A stretch of 64,000 nt of DNA, taken from Squalus acanthias (taxonomy: Eukaryota). The notes below the pieces were generated by a model. That model searched no databases, was not told the DNA's origin, and worked only from the letters and a program-made list of their open reading frames with translations. The translations under genes and the position numbers were made by a program. The stretch's first letter is position 1, and each line of letters opens with the position of its first letter. This document shows, piece by piece, positions 1 to 12,564 of the stretch. The stretch is taken from the NCBI GenBank assembly GCA_030390025.1, contig CM059432.1:134480001-134544000 (forward strand), read 5' to 3'.

Positions 1-241
1 TCACACCGTTTAATTTTAAATTTGATTGATGTCGGGCATCAGAGATATCTGTTTCCTGATTGGCACACTGCCCCACGTGATCCCAGGTACGCTTACGCAC
101 ACGGTGCGCCCCTGAGATCCGTGGGCCACTACGCTGCCCTCAACTCCGCAGCGAAACAACGCAAGTTTTCAATGGGGCCCATCTCACCAGGTAAGTGCGG
201 ATTTCTATCGGAGGTCGGTGGCTGACCGCAATTTCAGGGCC
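1..241. mobile_element. Right end of a Harbinger-type non-autonomous DNA transposon
   Basis: GC-rich and ends in ccgcaatttcagggcc, similar to the terminus ccgcaaaatccgggcc at about 43063. Confidence 0.45.
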
Positions 242-364
242 ATTATAATTAAGTTTAAAACAATGAAGGTCTACAATACTTTGAAATCAGGAAAGGAACA
301 GCCACATGGAATTGTTGATTTTCCCATGGAAGATATCATATGCACCACACTAGCACTATTTAGA

Positions 365-1020
365 CAAAATATCCTCTCCATCGCCAAGACCACCTACTTC
401 CACCTACGTAATATTGCCACTCGCCGGCCTCTGCCTCAGCTCATCTGCTGCTGAAACCCTCATCCATGCCTTTGTTACCTCTAGACTCGACTATTCCAAT
501 GCCCTCCTAGATGGCCTCCCACATTCCACCCTCCATAAACTTCAGCTCATCCAAACTCTGCTGCCGTATCCTAACTCGCACCAAGTCCCGTTCAACCATC
601 ACCCCTGTGCTCGCTGACCTCCATTGGCTCCTGGTCCGGCAACGCCTCAATTTAAAAATTCTCATCCTTGTTTTCAAATTCCTCTGTGGCCTCGCCCCTC
701 CCTATCTCTGTAGCCTCCTCCGGCCCTACAACCCTCCAAGATCGCTGCGCTTCTCCAATTCTGGCCTCTTGCGCATCCGGATTTTAATCGCTCCACCATT
801 GGCGGCCGTGCCTTCAGCTGCCTGGGCCCTAAGCTCTGGAATTCCCTCCCTAAACCTCTCCGCCTCTGTACCCCTCTCTCCTTTAAGACACTCCTTAAAA
901 CCAACTCTTTGACCAAGCTTTTGATCACCTGTCCTAATATCTCCTTATGTGGCTTGGTGTCAAATTTTATTTGATTACACTCTTTTGAAGCACCTTGGGA
1001 TGTTTTTGTTGTTGTTGTTG
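365..1020 (+). mobile_element. L2-clade LINE 3' fragment
   Basis: C-terminal ORF2 motifs AETLIHAFVTSRLDYSNALL and ITPVLADLHWL, ending in a (gtt)n tail. Confidence 0.85.
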
Positions 1021-1462
1021 CATAGCCACCAGTTCAGTATCAATGCATTTGTTGCCTATTTTTTTAGTGTAACAACTTACTTGACTGTTAGTGTTGCTGG
1101 TGCTCTGGACAAGATTATATAGAGCTTAAGCAATTGCTTTGGATCCAGAGGAGACCTGCCCACTAGCATTTATTGAAACTAGCTGGCCAAAGCTGAATAG
1201 AGATACAAAATATTCTGGAGATATATTTTGCTCTATGTATATAGTTAAGGAAAATTATTTGACTAAACTTTGGAGTAAAATATTTTTTCTTTAAATTTAC
1301 ACGTGGAACAATAGATACACCCAGGGTTTTGCTCGATTGTCTTTAGAGATCAGGTAGTACTGATGCAGAACTTTCATTACATCAGAAGACACTTGGTAAT
1401 TCTAAGATTTAAATGTATTGCAATTGATTTTACAGCTGCAGTCATTTTAAATAAGTCAGATT

Positions 1463-1697
1463 ACATAGGATATACGGCACAGAAACAGGCCATTCGGCCC
1501 AACCAGTCCATGCCGGCATTTATGCTCCACTCGAGCCTCCTCCCGTCTTTCCTCATCTAACTCTATCAGCATAACCCTCTATTCCCTTCTCCTTCATATG
1601 CTTGTCCAGCCTCCCCTTAAATGCATCTATACTATTCGCTTCAACCACTCCCTGTGGTAGCGAGTTCCACATTCTCACCACTCTTTGGGTAAATAAG
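1463..1697 (-). mobile_element. CR1 LINE 3' end
   Basis: FTQRVVRMWNSLP motif; nearly identical to 12568-12800. Confidence 0.85.
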
Positions 1698-2124
1698 TCT
1701 AATCTGAGAAAGAAACTGATACTAGTGAATAGCCTCATTACGAACTTTTCTGAAGCAAGTTTGGTAAGAAGGTTTACTTTAAATTGCGCAGAACAGTTCA
1801 AGTAGAGTATTCTAAATCAGTTATCCTCTTCAATCTTTCTTTTGAAAATAACATGAGCTTCCTTAAGTCACACAGCAAAGAGCTGATTCCTTGGCTGGAG
1901 AATGGAATCTCCAATAATCATCCCAAGGTGAAAAAAACAGGGAAAGAGCAACATATGTTGCCTGAATTTATTTACGATTCTTTGAGGGGTTTTTAGGCTG
2001 GATATTTTATTGTGTTCAGTATATCACTGACCATTCCCATAGGTGTACTTCACGTTATGAACAAGTGTGTAGCTTTTCCTGCCCAATAGCTAGATAAATG
2101 TTGGAAGACACAGAGGGCAACCAG

Positions 2125-2490
2125 AGAACCCTCGTCATCGTGTTCAAATCCTTCCATGGCCTTGCCCTACCTAACATCCTGCAGCCCCACAACCCTCCAA
2201 GATCTTTGCGCTCCTCCAATTCTGGCCTCTTGCGCATTCCCAATTTTCTTCACCCCACCATTGGCTGCTGTGCCTTCAGCTGTCTAGGCTCCAAGCTCTG
2301 GAATTCCCTCCCTAAACCTCTCTACCTCTCTCTGCTCCTTCAAGACGCTCTTTAAAACCTACCTGTCACCTGGCCAAGTATCCCCTTATGTGGCTTGGTG
2401 TCAATTGTTGTCTGATTACACTCCTGTGCAGTGCCTTGGGATGTTTTACCACGTTAAAGACGCTATATAAATGCAAGTTGTTTTTGTTGT
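2125..2490 (+). mobile_element. L2 LINE 3' fragment
   Basis: Same family as 365-1020, with tail gctatataaatgcaagttg. Confidence 0.8.
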
Positions 2491-2974
2491 CATTGCACCC
2501 TGATTTACTGGAATATATTTCTGCCTTGTGATCTCCCTGAGTTCGGTAAGTGGAAGAATATAGACTCTACCAAACCACAGCTCAGACTATGAACCAAGAG
2601 ACAAATCTATTAAATATTAAATAGATAAATGAAAAGTACTCAACACAAGTAGTGCACTTACATAATTAAAAGCATTACTTTCTCAAAATGTCAAAACACT
2701 TCTCTTGCACAAATCCTCAACATAAAATTGACTGTAGAAACATGTTTTGTGGCTATATGTTGCCATGGACCCTTCTGATTAGTTCCAGACTCCTCATTGC
2801 CTCAGACTGATTACTGAGCTAAGCTCAGGCAGCTAAATGTAAACATACAACTTGTATCTCTTACTATTGATCTGGGTCTACAAAGATTCACAACCCCACC
2901 CCTCTCACAGACCTGACTCAAGTCTTCTCAACCGAGATACAGCTGTCAATTAAATCTATGACTTTAATAAGACT

Positions 2975-3270
2975 GAGAGGTCGCACAACACCAGGTTATA
3001 GTCCAACAGTTTTATTTGAAATCACAAGCTTTCGGAGTTACTACTCCTTCGTCGGGTGAAGTAAAGAGATACAGAATCGCCAAAGCATATATAGATAGAG
3101 AACAATGCATGTGTACCTTACAATTGCAGACAACTAAATTAAATCATCCTGACTGTTTATCTGCCGAGGTGTGATAAAGTTAATCAGGTCAGGTCTTTAA
3201 TAAGACTCCCAGGGTGTCAATCACCTAGGGGGTTTGAATTGAATGGGATGGCTTAAGCCATTGATCAGTT
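2975..3270 (-). mobile_element. Penelope-like element terminal (pLTR) fragment with a degenerate hammerhead
   Basis: 2980-3062 matches the arm of the 36361-36551 palindrome. The hammerhead core on the minus strand reads CCGACGA...GAAA. Confidence 0.65.
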
Positions 3271-3319
3271 TCTAAACACTTGTGAGACACTTCCCCATCC
3301 AAGGACAATGGCAGCAACC

Positions 3320-4410
3320 GACTTTTCCAGTTCTGACGAAAGGTCATCGACCTGAAACGTTTTCCTCAACCGAGGATTCCCCTCTACCGTGGTTGACATG
3401 GTCTGTTCCATTTCCCCCACTTCTTCTCTCACCCCTTCCCCTCCCTCCCAGAACCACGATAGGGTTCCCCTTGTCCTCACCTTCCATCCCACCAGCCTCC
3501 ACATTCAACAGATCATCCTCTGCCATTTCCGCCACCTCCAGCATGATCCCACCACCAAACACATCTTCCCCTCCCCTCCCCTTTCAGCATTCTGAAGGGA
3601 CCGCTCCCTCTGTGACACCCTGGTCCACTCCTCCATCACCCCAACACCCCCTCCCCTTCCCACAGCACCTTCCTGTGCAAGCACAGGAGATGCAACACCT
3701 GCCCTTTTACCTCCTCCCTTCCCACACTCCTCAGGTGATACAGCGATTTACTTGTACTTCTTGCAATCTAGTATACTGTATTCGCTGCTCACGATGTGGT
3801 CTTCTCTACATTTGGGAGACCAAACGCAGATTGGGTGACTGCTTTGCGGAACATCTCCGTTCAGTCCGTAAGCGTGACCCCGAGCTTCTAGTCGCCTGTC
3901 ACTTTAATTCTCCGCTCCACTCCCACTCTGACCTCGGCCTCTTACACTGTTCCAACGAAGCTCAACGTAAGCTTGAGGAACAGCACCTCATCTTTCGATT
4001 AGGCGCTTTACAGCCTTCTGGACTCAACATCGAGTTTGACAATTTCAGATCATAACCTCTGCCCCTATTTTTTCACATGGTAGGCCGTTGATGATTCTGC
4101 CATTGCCATTTACATCTTTTCTAGATTCATCTTTTGTTTCTTAACTTGTCCCATTACCATCTCCTTTTGCTTTATACAATCATCCCTTTTATCATTTAAT
4201 CACTCCTGCCTTCCACCCTGTCACAGACCTTCCCTTTGTTCTTTCCTCCTCTCCCCCCTTTCCCTGCCCCTGCACTTGCTTAAAATCTGTTACATCTTTA
4301 ACTTTTTCCAGTTCTGATGAAAGGTCATCGACCTGAAGCATTAACTCTGTTTCTCTCTCCACAGATGCTGCCTGACCTGCTGAGCATTTCCAGCATTTTC
4401 TGTTTTTACT
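3320..4410 (+). mobile_element. Penelope-like retroelement, 5'-truncated, with GIY-YIG endonuclease remnant and hammerhead-bearing direct repeats
   Basis: The ORF C-terminus reads FTCTSCNLVYCIRCSRCGLLYIWETKRRLGDCFAEHLRSV..VACHFN..QPSGLN, a Penelope GIY-YIG domain. The repeat ttccagttctgaYgaaaggtcatcgacctgaa occurs at about 3325 and 4306. Confidence 0.85.
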
Positions 4411-4529
4411 ATGCATATTAAGGCCTTGTCTCCAGGTATATCAGTCTGGGATGTATATTCACTGGTTCTGGGAAACAGTTAACAGAACCGATTATTAACC
4501 CTGTGGGTGCTGTGACCAGTAAGAAAGAA

Positions 4530-4900
4530 ACAACAACTACTTGCATTTATATAGCGCCTTTAACCTAGTAAAATGTCCCAAGGTGTTTTACTGAAGCATT
4601 ATCAAACAAAATTGGACCACGTAAGGAGATGCAAGGACAGGTGACCAAAAGCTTGGTCAAAGAGGTAGGTTTTAAGGCGCATCTTAAAGGAGGAGAGAGA
4701 GGTAGAGAGGCAGGGAGAGTTTAGGGAGGGAATTCCAGAGTTTAAAGAAAGAAAGACTTACATTTATATAGCACCTTTCACAACTTCAGGACGTCCCAAA
4801 GTGCTTTACAGCCAATTAATTACTTTATGAGGTGTAATCACTGTTGTAACGTAGAAAAGCTTCGGACCAAGGCAGCTGAAGACATGGTGGAGTGATGAAA
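4530..4900 (-). mobile_element. L2 3' end with a SacSINE1-like tail fragment inserted at about 4745-4855
   Basis: Reverse complement of the L2 tail, interrupted by a sequence matching the SINE tails at 41150-41230 and 57340-57425. Confidence 0.7.
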
Positions 4901-5086
4901 ATCAATGAACAATCCACCATGGACAAAGATGCTTAATTTTGTCACAAAAGAAAAATGAAAGAATTGCACTTTTACATGTAGAATTATTTGCAATATTTAT
5001 AAAACAGCAAGCAACCTAAAATAGTCATGTTTCCTGCACCAACAAAGCAGTTTGAAGCTGAAGTTTAACAGTAAAAGGAGACTTAC

Positions 5087-5830
5087 CCGCTCCTCTTCCT
5101 CTCTCAGATCAGGCATGGTGCTGATACAGAGACTCACAGTGGTGATCGTCACAAATATAACAGAAAGGCAAGCAAAGATCTTTCCTGGTATCCCTGAATC
5201 GGGATTTTCCACCATGTCCCTGAGATTCTTCATGCAATGACTCAGGCGAGTCGTGTCATCAAAGGCACCCTGTGATTCTTCGGTAAGTAGCACTTCGTAA
5301 TCTCTCTTGATTTCTTCTAGATCCTCTACTTTCTGATTCAGTTTCCGGCGACAACACCACTCCAGACTTTCATCCTCAATACCCCAGTAAACCAGCTCCT
5401 CCTGAAAGGAGAGAGCACACATTTCTCTGAGGAGCCTCAGTTTCCCAGCCGTCAGGAAAGTCATAATAGTTCTGAAGGCACAAGGGTTGCGGTCAAAGAA
5501 AAATTCATTGTGATTTACATCATAATCATCACAGATGTCCATGATTTCATCATAACTGCTGCATGCTTTAAGTTTGCCTAGACGTGTTAATGGGATCTGG
5601 TCAAGTGTAGTCCATGGAATCCTATACTTAATGCCTCCAACATTAATGATCACATACCGAGATCTGTCGTTGAGTTGGGTGAGGCAGTAGACCTCCTCAT
5701 CTGGTTGAAGCAGTTTGGCTTTTTGGTAATAAATTCCCTTCTTGGTGCAGGTCTCCACATTCTCCAAGGTGCAAGTGAAGGCGTTGGTGTTGAGTTCCCG
5801 CTCAGATCTTCCCTCAGCTAGCAAAGCCAT
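5087..5830 (-). CDS. KCNG2: First coding exon (248 codons) of a voltage-gated K+ channel modifier subunit Kv6.2: N-terminus, T1/BTB domain and S1
   Basis: Translation shows a Kv6-type T1 domain (IINVGGIKY..W.TL..PLTRLGKLK..CDDYD..NEFFFDRNP, LREMCALSFQEELVYWG) and S1 (LRDMVENPDSGIPGKIFACLS..TMPDLREEEER). The N-terminus (MALL..TKKG.YY.KAKLL.PDE) resembles non-mammalian KCNG2 more than KCNG1. A phase-0 donor CGG|GTAAGT lies at 5087/5086. A plausible acceptor (tttctcattacag) places the exon start at 5907. The downstream exon lies left of the window. Confidence 0.9.
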
Positions 5831-6249
5831 CGTTATCTACTGCTTTGCAGAACCAGTCAGTCACTCTACCTCATGGAAAACGATCCAATGAAATAAAATT
5901 GTTGCATCTGTAATGAGAAAAGATTGAGCGTAAAACAAAATAATCAGTCAAAAACATAGACATGGCTAAAATTTTGAGGCTGTATCTGTCACATGGGACA
6001 CTGGGGCATGGCCAGGTGGCATTAATGTATTCTCTCTTTCCTAATCTCTCTTTTCCCCTTTTTTTTTGTCTTTTTCTCTTTGTCTTTTCAAAACTCACCT
6101 GATTGTTGGTATGGGAAGGATATCTCATTGCTTTCTCTTCATGGACAGTGAAGGACAACAGTAGAATGCGATGGAGGTAGGACTATTCCCACATTCATAG
6201 TGAAAATCCTTTGATCTGTAGGAAATTTGGAAACATCAACTACGCTTTA

Positions 6250-6615
6250 GAAAATAAAAAACTGAAATGGGGTAGAAGAGCAAAGGGATCTAGGGATACA
6301 GGTGAACAAATCATTAAAAGCCGCATCGCAGGTTAAAAATGCTACCAAAGCACTGGGATTTATTTCTAGGGGTACAGAATTCAAAAGTAATAAAGTTATG
6401 TTAAACTTGTATAGGACCCTGGTTAGAGTACTGTGCACAGTTCTAGTCTCCATACTAAAGAAAGGTACATAGAAGCACTAGAGAAAGTGCAAACAAGATT
6501 TACAAGGATGGTACCAGAACTGAGAGATTAGAGCTATTGGGATAGATTGAACAGGTTGGGGCTTTTTTCTTTAGAAAAGAGAAGACTGTTCCTGTGCTGT
6601 ATATTCTATGTAATA
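6250..6615 (+). mobile_element. Degraded CR1 fragment
   Basis: Eroded LYRTLVR..EYCAQF and LGLFSLEKRR motifs. Confidence 0.7.
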
Positions 6616-7406
6616 ATGCAAGCTTTTGGTAAGCAGACTGAGTCTCCTATGAGCCAAGCTGCACCCTTATGCATGCTGTGCATGGGTAGCATGCCACAGT
6701 GTTATCTATTACCCTTTTTATCGTAGTATATTGCACTCCGGTCTACTCTGAAAGGCCACCATTATCACACATTATCAGGCATTTATATTCAGGCTCAGAC
6801 TAATAGTCATTTTTATTTACAGTTAAGATAATTATACAAAGGCAAAACAATAGAGTAAGTTAGTGATGATTCAAATGCTTAGAGAAATTAAAGATAAAAT
6901 TATTCTACAAGCGTTCAAAATATCTTCTTAATGAATATGCTTGTTACACGGTCCAATGCTCTGTGAGACTTTTGGAGAAAACAGTCTTTTGTAGACTTCT
7001 CAATGTGTTGTTTATACGTGGGTGGTGTGATATTCCTGAGTTTCAATTCAAGAAACAAAGTTGAAAACCCAACACTCAATTCGAATAATGAACTAAAGAT
7101 ACTGAAATAAGTATATATCCTCTAAATAAAGACCCATCCATCAATGAAGTTCAAATATTCCATAGTGCATCCTATGTGTAGAATCACTTAATGAGCAGCA
7201 GTGCACACTTTGTCCAGGCTTACATCCCTATTAATGATTTGAACAAATATAACTAGATTAGCATCCTGGATCATCTACAGACCAAAGAATCTATCTGTGT
7301 TTCCATGGACACCTGGGCTCCATCTTGCAATAAGGAAAGGCAAGTTCCATCTTAACTCCATTTCTAAAATACATTTATTCTGTGTATCTAAAATCATATC
7401 AAGATA

Positions 7407-7652
7407 CAGGAATCCCGCCCCAACCGTGGGTTTGCCATACGCGGATTTCACGTATACACGGTTTCCACTCTGCGACAATTTTTGTCAACCGCGGCCGTGA
7501 AATTCGCGTATCCGCGGTTTTTAATTTAGGAATAAGGTAAATAACATGATTTTTATGCTATTTATATGCTTTTTATATTCTTTTTTATTGTGTTTATACT
7601 GAATTTGCCAACCGCGGTTTTACTAACCACGGGGGTTGGGGAGGGATCCCTG
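7407..7652. mobile_element. Tc1/mariner-type MITE (246 bp)
   Basis: TIRs CAGGAATCCCGCCCCAACC and, reverse-complemented, CAGGGATCCCTCCCCAACC (17/19 match), flanked by TA on both sides. Confidence 0.8.
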
Positions 7653-7730
7653 TATATCCATTGTCCTGTCTGACACAGAATTCAATCTGCTTTCATCACA
7701 TCCTCTATAAAAACTATAGGCCTAGAAATT

Positions 7731-8506
7731 AGATATGGCCGAGTATTTTTTAAATGGTGAGAGATTGGGAAATGTTCGTGTTCAGAGGGACCTGGGTGTC
7801 CTTGTACACGAATCACTGAAAGTTAACATGCAGGTACAGCAAGCAATTAGAAAAGCAAATGGTATGTTGGCCTTTATTACACGAGGATTTGAGTATAAGA
7901 GTAAAGACGTCTTACTGCAATTATATAGGGCCCTGGTGAGACCACACCTGGAGTATTGTGTACAGTTTTGTTCTCCTTACCTAAGGAAGGATATACGCGT
8001 CATAGAGGGAGTGCAACGAAGGTTCACCAGACTGATTCCTGGGATGGGGGGATTGTCCTATGAGGAGAGATTGAGTAGACTAGGCTTATATTCTCTACAG
8101 TTTAGAAGAATGAGAGGTGATCTCATTGAAACATACAAAATTCCTACTGGGCTTGACAGGGTAGATGCAGGGAGGATGTTTCCCCTGGCTGGGGAGTCTA
8201 GAACCGGGGTCACAGTCTCAGAATAAGGGGTCGGCCATTTAAGGACTGAGATGAGGGGAAATGTCTTCACTCAGAGGGTAGTGAATCTTTGGAATTCTCT
8301 ACCCCAGAGGGCTGTGGAGGCTCAGTCATTGAGTATATTCAAGACAGAGGTCGATAGAATTTTGAATATTAAGGGAATCAAGGGATATGGGGATAGTGCA
8401 GGAAAGTGGAGATGAGGTAGAAGATCAGCCATGATCTTATTGAATGGCGGAGCAGGCTCGAGGGGCCGAATGGCCTACTCCTGCTCCTATTTCTTATGTT
8501 CTTATG
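7731..8506 (+). mobile_element. CR1 LINE 3' fragment inserted just inside the Harbinger left TIR
   Basis: QRDLGVLV and LYRALVRPHLEYCVQF motifs, with tail ttcttatgttcttatg. Confidence 0.92.
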
Positions 8507-8813
8507 TAGGCCACAAAGCGGACAGTGTTAAGGCTCAACAGATGTTAAGCTACGCCAAGTCAAAATGGTCAAAATAGCATGCAAAATTCATGCTCAGTCC
8601 TCCTTAACATGATTGTAGATTGATTTCAGCGCTAAAATCACTGCTCATTGGCTTACCACTCAACAGGTGGGCCAGTATTGGGTCCCGTCTAATTCCCAGT
8701 CATGTTTAGCACAGGCTTTATACAGTACTTAAAGGGGAGGTGCATTGATGCTGCAGCACCTCATTGTCAAGCCGCTTACAACTTAACCTGGAAAAAGATA
8801 GCAGTGGAAACAC

Positions 8814-10380
8814 ATGGCTGAGCCTCAGCGCAGGGAGAGAGCCCACAGATTCTCCGACGTGGCTCTTGAGGCACTGGTCATGGCCGTGGAGAGGAGGCGG
8901 GCTGTCCTATTCCTGCAGACTGGCAGGAAGCCCTCGCCACACACCTCACGAAGGCTCTGGCATAAGATTGCTGCATATGTGACGGCCACCACTGTAGTCC
9001 CAAGGTCGGCCATCCATTGCCGAAAGAAGTTTAATGACCTCACACGGCAGGTCACGGTGAGCGAAGGCTTCAGCAATTGCCATATCCCACCATCTGCACC
9101 ACAAGCCTCACACACTGCTCAAAGCACCACACCCCCATCACTCACCTACCAACAATCTCTACCTATCACCACTCGCACCTCACAATCAGAGCTTCACTTC
9201 ACCCTCACAACCTTACCACTGCTGTAACACTCACACCCACATCTCACACCTTGCACACACTGACAGCTGTTCAACTATGGCAGCCACATCACCAAAGCAC
9301 ATTGCACTACAGTCACTCACACACTTCTCTTTCTCTTGCAGGCCAAGGTCGCACATAACAGGAGGGAGCAGCGGCAGACAGGTGGGGGGCAAACTGCCAT
9401 CCAGGACCTCACCGACCTGAGGAGACAGTGCTGGAGATCACTGGGCGGCAGATCATGGAGGCCGTGGCAACCAGGGAGGCTGAAGCCCTTGGGGACAACA
9501 ACGGTATGTGCATTCCTAATCCTTCTTCTCACATCCCACTTCCCCCTCATCCCACAATCTCTTCTCACTTTGAAGCTGCTGATGCTGTATACATGCATAT
9601 TTTGCTCCCCCCACCCCGCACCCTCACCATAGCCCGACTCTTGTGCCTTTCTGCTTTCAGATAATCAAGACCAAGCAGCAGAGCAGCCTGTCCCCGAGGC
9701 GATGCAGGAGAGCGAGGGGGGAGAAGAAGAAGAAGACACAACGTCACTGCATCTGTCACTCGCAGACACAAGCTCAGAAACTGGCAATGCACATACTTTA
9801 GAGGTTAGTGTAGAAGCGGGATCTGCACAGGGTGAGGCACTGGCCACGAGTGGACTGCAGTAAGGCCAGCGGAAAGGGTAGCTTGGGGGCCAGGTCCCCA
9901 AAGGGCGAGTTCTCGTCGGAGTCCTGCTGCACAGGACTCAGATGAAGACCTCGATGGGGTGGCCTTCAGTAGAAGGGCAATGGGCATGCACACCGAATTG
10001 CAAGGTGCAATGGCAAGCCTTGGCAGAGATCCTCTTGGCATGTCAAGGAGCATGGTGGAGTCCACCTGCAATATTGCACGGAGTTCTGTGCAGAGCTTGG
10101 AGCCCAAGATTTCCAGGCTGGAAATGATGGAAAACTCCCTAAGAGACTGTGTCGACCCAGACATGATGCTGCGTGTGATGGGCGATGTCGCAGCTGCCAT
10201 TGCAGCACAGGCGGAAGCGATCCAACATCTTAGTGCTGCAGCAGAAGCGCAGACAGCTCTCATGAAGTCTCAGCTTGCTGCCACACAAGCTCAGACTGCT
10301 GCTATCGTGCCTGGGTTTACCAGTGTCAACCGGGGGTTGCAGGGTGTCACAGCAGCCCAGCAATCTGTGCTCCAACAGAT
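8814..10380 (+). pseudogene. Harbinger Myb/SANT-like DNA-binding protein gene, three exons (8814-9056, 9342-9503, 9661 to about 10380), disabled
   Basis: RFSDVALEALV..W..IA..V....RS..HCRKKFNDL|AKVAHNRREQRQTGGG is a Myb_DNA-bind_5-like signature. GT-AG introns have polypyrimidine tracts. There is a frameshift in exon 2 and further lesions in exon 3, and the gene is cut off by a CR1 insertion. Confidence 0.8.
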
Positions 10381-12560
10381 AGAATCATAGAATGGTTACA
10401 GCACAGAAGGAGGCCATTCGGTCCGTCGAGCCCATGCCAGCTCTCTGCAAGAGCACTTCATCTAGTCCCACTCCCCCGCTCTTTCCCCGTAGCCCTGCAA
10501 TTTTTTTTCTTTCAGGTACTTATCTAATTCCCTTTTGAAAGCCACGATTGAATCTGCCTCCACCACCCTCTCAAGCAGTGCATTCCAGAACCTAACCACT
10601 CACTGCGTAAAAAGTTTTTCCTCCTGTCACCTTTGGACCTTCTGCCAATCACCTTAAATCTGTGTTTGCTGCTTCTCGACCCTTCCGCCAATGGGAACAG
10701 TTTCTCTCTATCCACTCTGTCTAGACCCCTCATGATTTTGACCTCTATCAAATCTCCTCTCACTCTTCTCTGCTCTAAGGAGAACAACCCCAGCTTCTCC
10801 AGTCTATCCACGTAACTGAAGTCCCTCATCCCTGGAACCATTCTTGTCAATCTTTTCTGCACCCTCTCTAAAGCCTTCACATCCTTCCTAAAGTGCGGTG
10901 CACAGAATTGGGCAGATACTCCAGTTGTGGCCGAACCAGTGTCTTATAAAGGTTCATCATAACTTCCTTGCTTTTGTACTCTATGCCTCTATTTATAAAG
11001 CCCAGGATCCCGTATGCTTTTTTAACCGCTTTCTCAACCTGTCCTGCCACCTTCAATGATTTGTACACATATACTCCCAGGTCTCTCTGTTCTTGCACCC
11101 CATTTAGAATTGTACCCTTTAGTTTATATTGCCTCTCCTCGTTCTTCCTACCAAAATGTATCACTTCACACTTTTCTGCATTAAACTTCATCTGCCACAT
11201 GTCTGCCCATTCTACCAGGCTGTCTATGTCCTCTTGAAGTCTATCCCTATCCTCCTCACTGTTCACTATATTTCCAAGTTTTGTGTCATCTGCAAATTTT
11301 GAAATAGTGTCCTGACACCTAAATCCAAGTCATTAATATATATCAGGAAAACCAGTGGTCGTCGTACCGACCCCTGGGGAACACCACTGTGTGCCTTCCT
11401 CCAGTCTGAAAAACAACTGTTCATCACTACTCTCTGTTTCCTGTCACTTAACCAATTTCATATCCATGCTGCCACTGTCCCTTTTATTCCATGGGCTTCA
11501 GCTTTGCTGGCAAGGCTATTCTGTGGCACTTTATCAAATGCCTTTTGGAAGTCCATGTACACCACATCAACCGCATTGCCCTCATCAACCCTCTCTGTTA
11601 TCTCATCAAAAAACTAAATCAAGTTGGTTAAATACGATTTGCCTTCAACAAATCTGTGCTGGCTTCCCTTAATTAATCCATACTTGTCCAAGTAACTGTT
11701 AATTTTGTCCCGGATTATCGTTTCTAAAAGCTTCCCCACCACCGAGGTTAAGCTGACTGGCCTGTAGTTGCTGGGTTTATCCTTACACCCTTTTTTGAAC
11801 AAAGGTGTAACATTTGCAATTCTCCAGTCCCCTGGCACCACCCCCGTATCCAAGGAGGATTCGAAGATTATGGCCAGTACCTCCGCAATTTCCACCTTTA
11901 CTTCCCTCAGCATCCAAGGATGCATCCCATCTAGTCCTGGTGACTTATCTACTTTAAGTACAGCCAGCCTTTCTAGTACCTCCTCTTTATCAATTTTTAT
12001 CCTATCCAATATCTCAACTACCTCCTCTTTCACTATGACTTTGGCAGCATCTTCTTCATTGGTAAAGACAGATGCAAAGTACTCATTTAGTACCTCAGCC
12101 AGGCTCTCTGCCTCCATGCGTAGGTCTCCTTTATGGTCCCTAATCAGCCCCGCCCGTCCTCTTACTACCCATTTACTATTTATATGTCTATACATGACTT
12201 TTGGATTCTTTTTTATGTTAGCTGCTAATCTATTCTCATACTCCCTCTTTGCCCCTCTTATTCCCCTCTCAACTTTCTGTATTCAGCCTGGTTCTCACTT
12301 GTATTCTCAACCTGACATCTGTCATATGCTCCTTTTTTCTACTTTATCTTACTCTCTATCTCTTTCGTCAGCCAGGGAGCTCTGACTTTGGTTGCCCTAC
12401 ATATCCCCCTCGTGGGAATGTACCTCGACTGTACCCGAACCGTCTCCTCTTTAAAGGCAGCCCATTGTTTGATTACAGTTTTGCCTGCCAATCTTTGATT
12501 CCAATTTATCCAGGCCAGCTCCATTCTCAACCCACTGAAATTGGCCCTGCTCCAGTTAAC
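10380..12560 (-). mobile_element. CR1-A, 3' part (RT to tail); continues at 18303-19394
   Basis: ORF2 fragments including KSPGLDGMHP, NYRPVSLTSVVGKLLE and LVRPQLEY. Confidence 0.9.
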
Positions 12561-12564
12561 TTAG

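Noticed and set aside
4997..5086. C-terminal 29 aa of the 277-aa KCNG ORF
   Set aside because: Read-through into the intron past the GTAAGT donor.
8814..10380. Domesticated host gene such as NAIF1 or an MSANTD
   Set aside because: It has a frameshift and stop lesions, lies inside TIRs and is truncated by a CR1.
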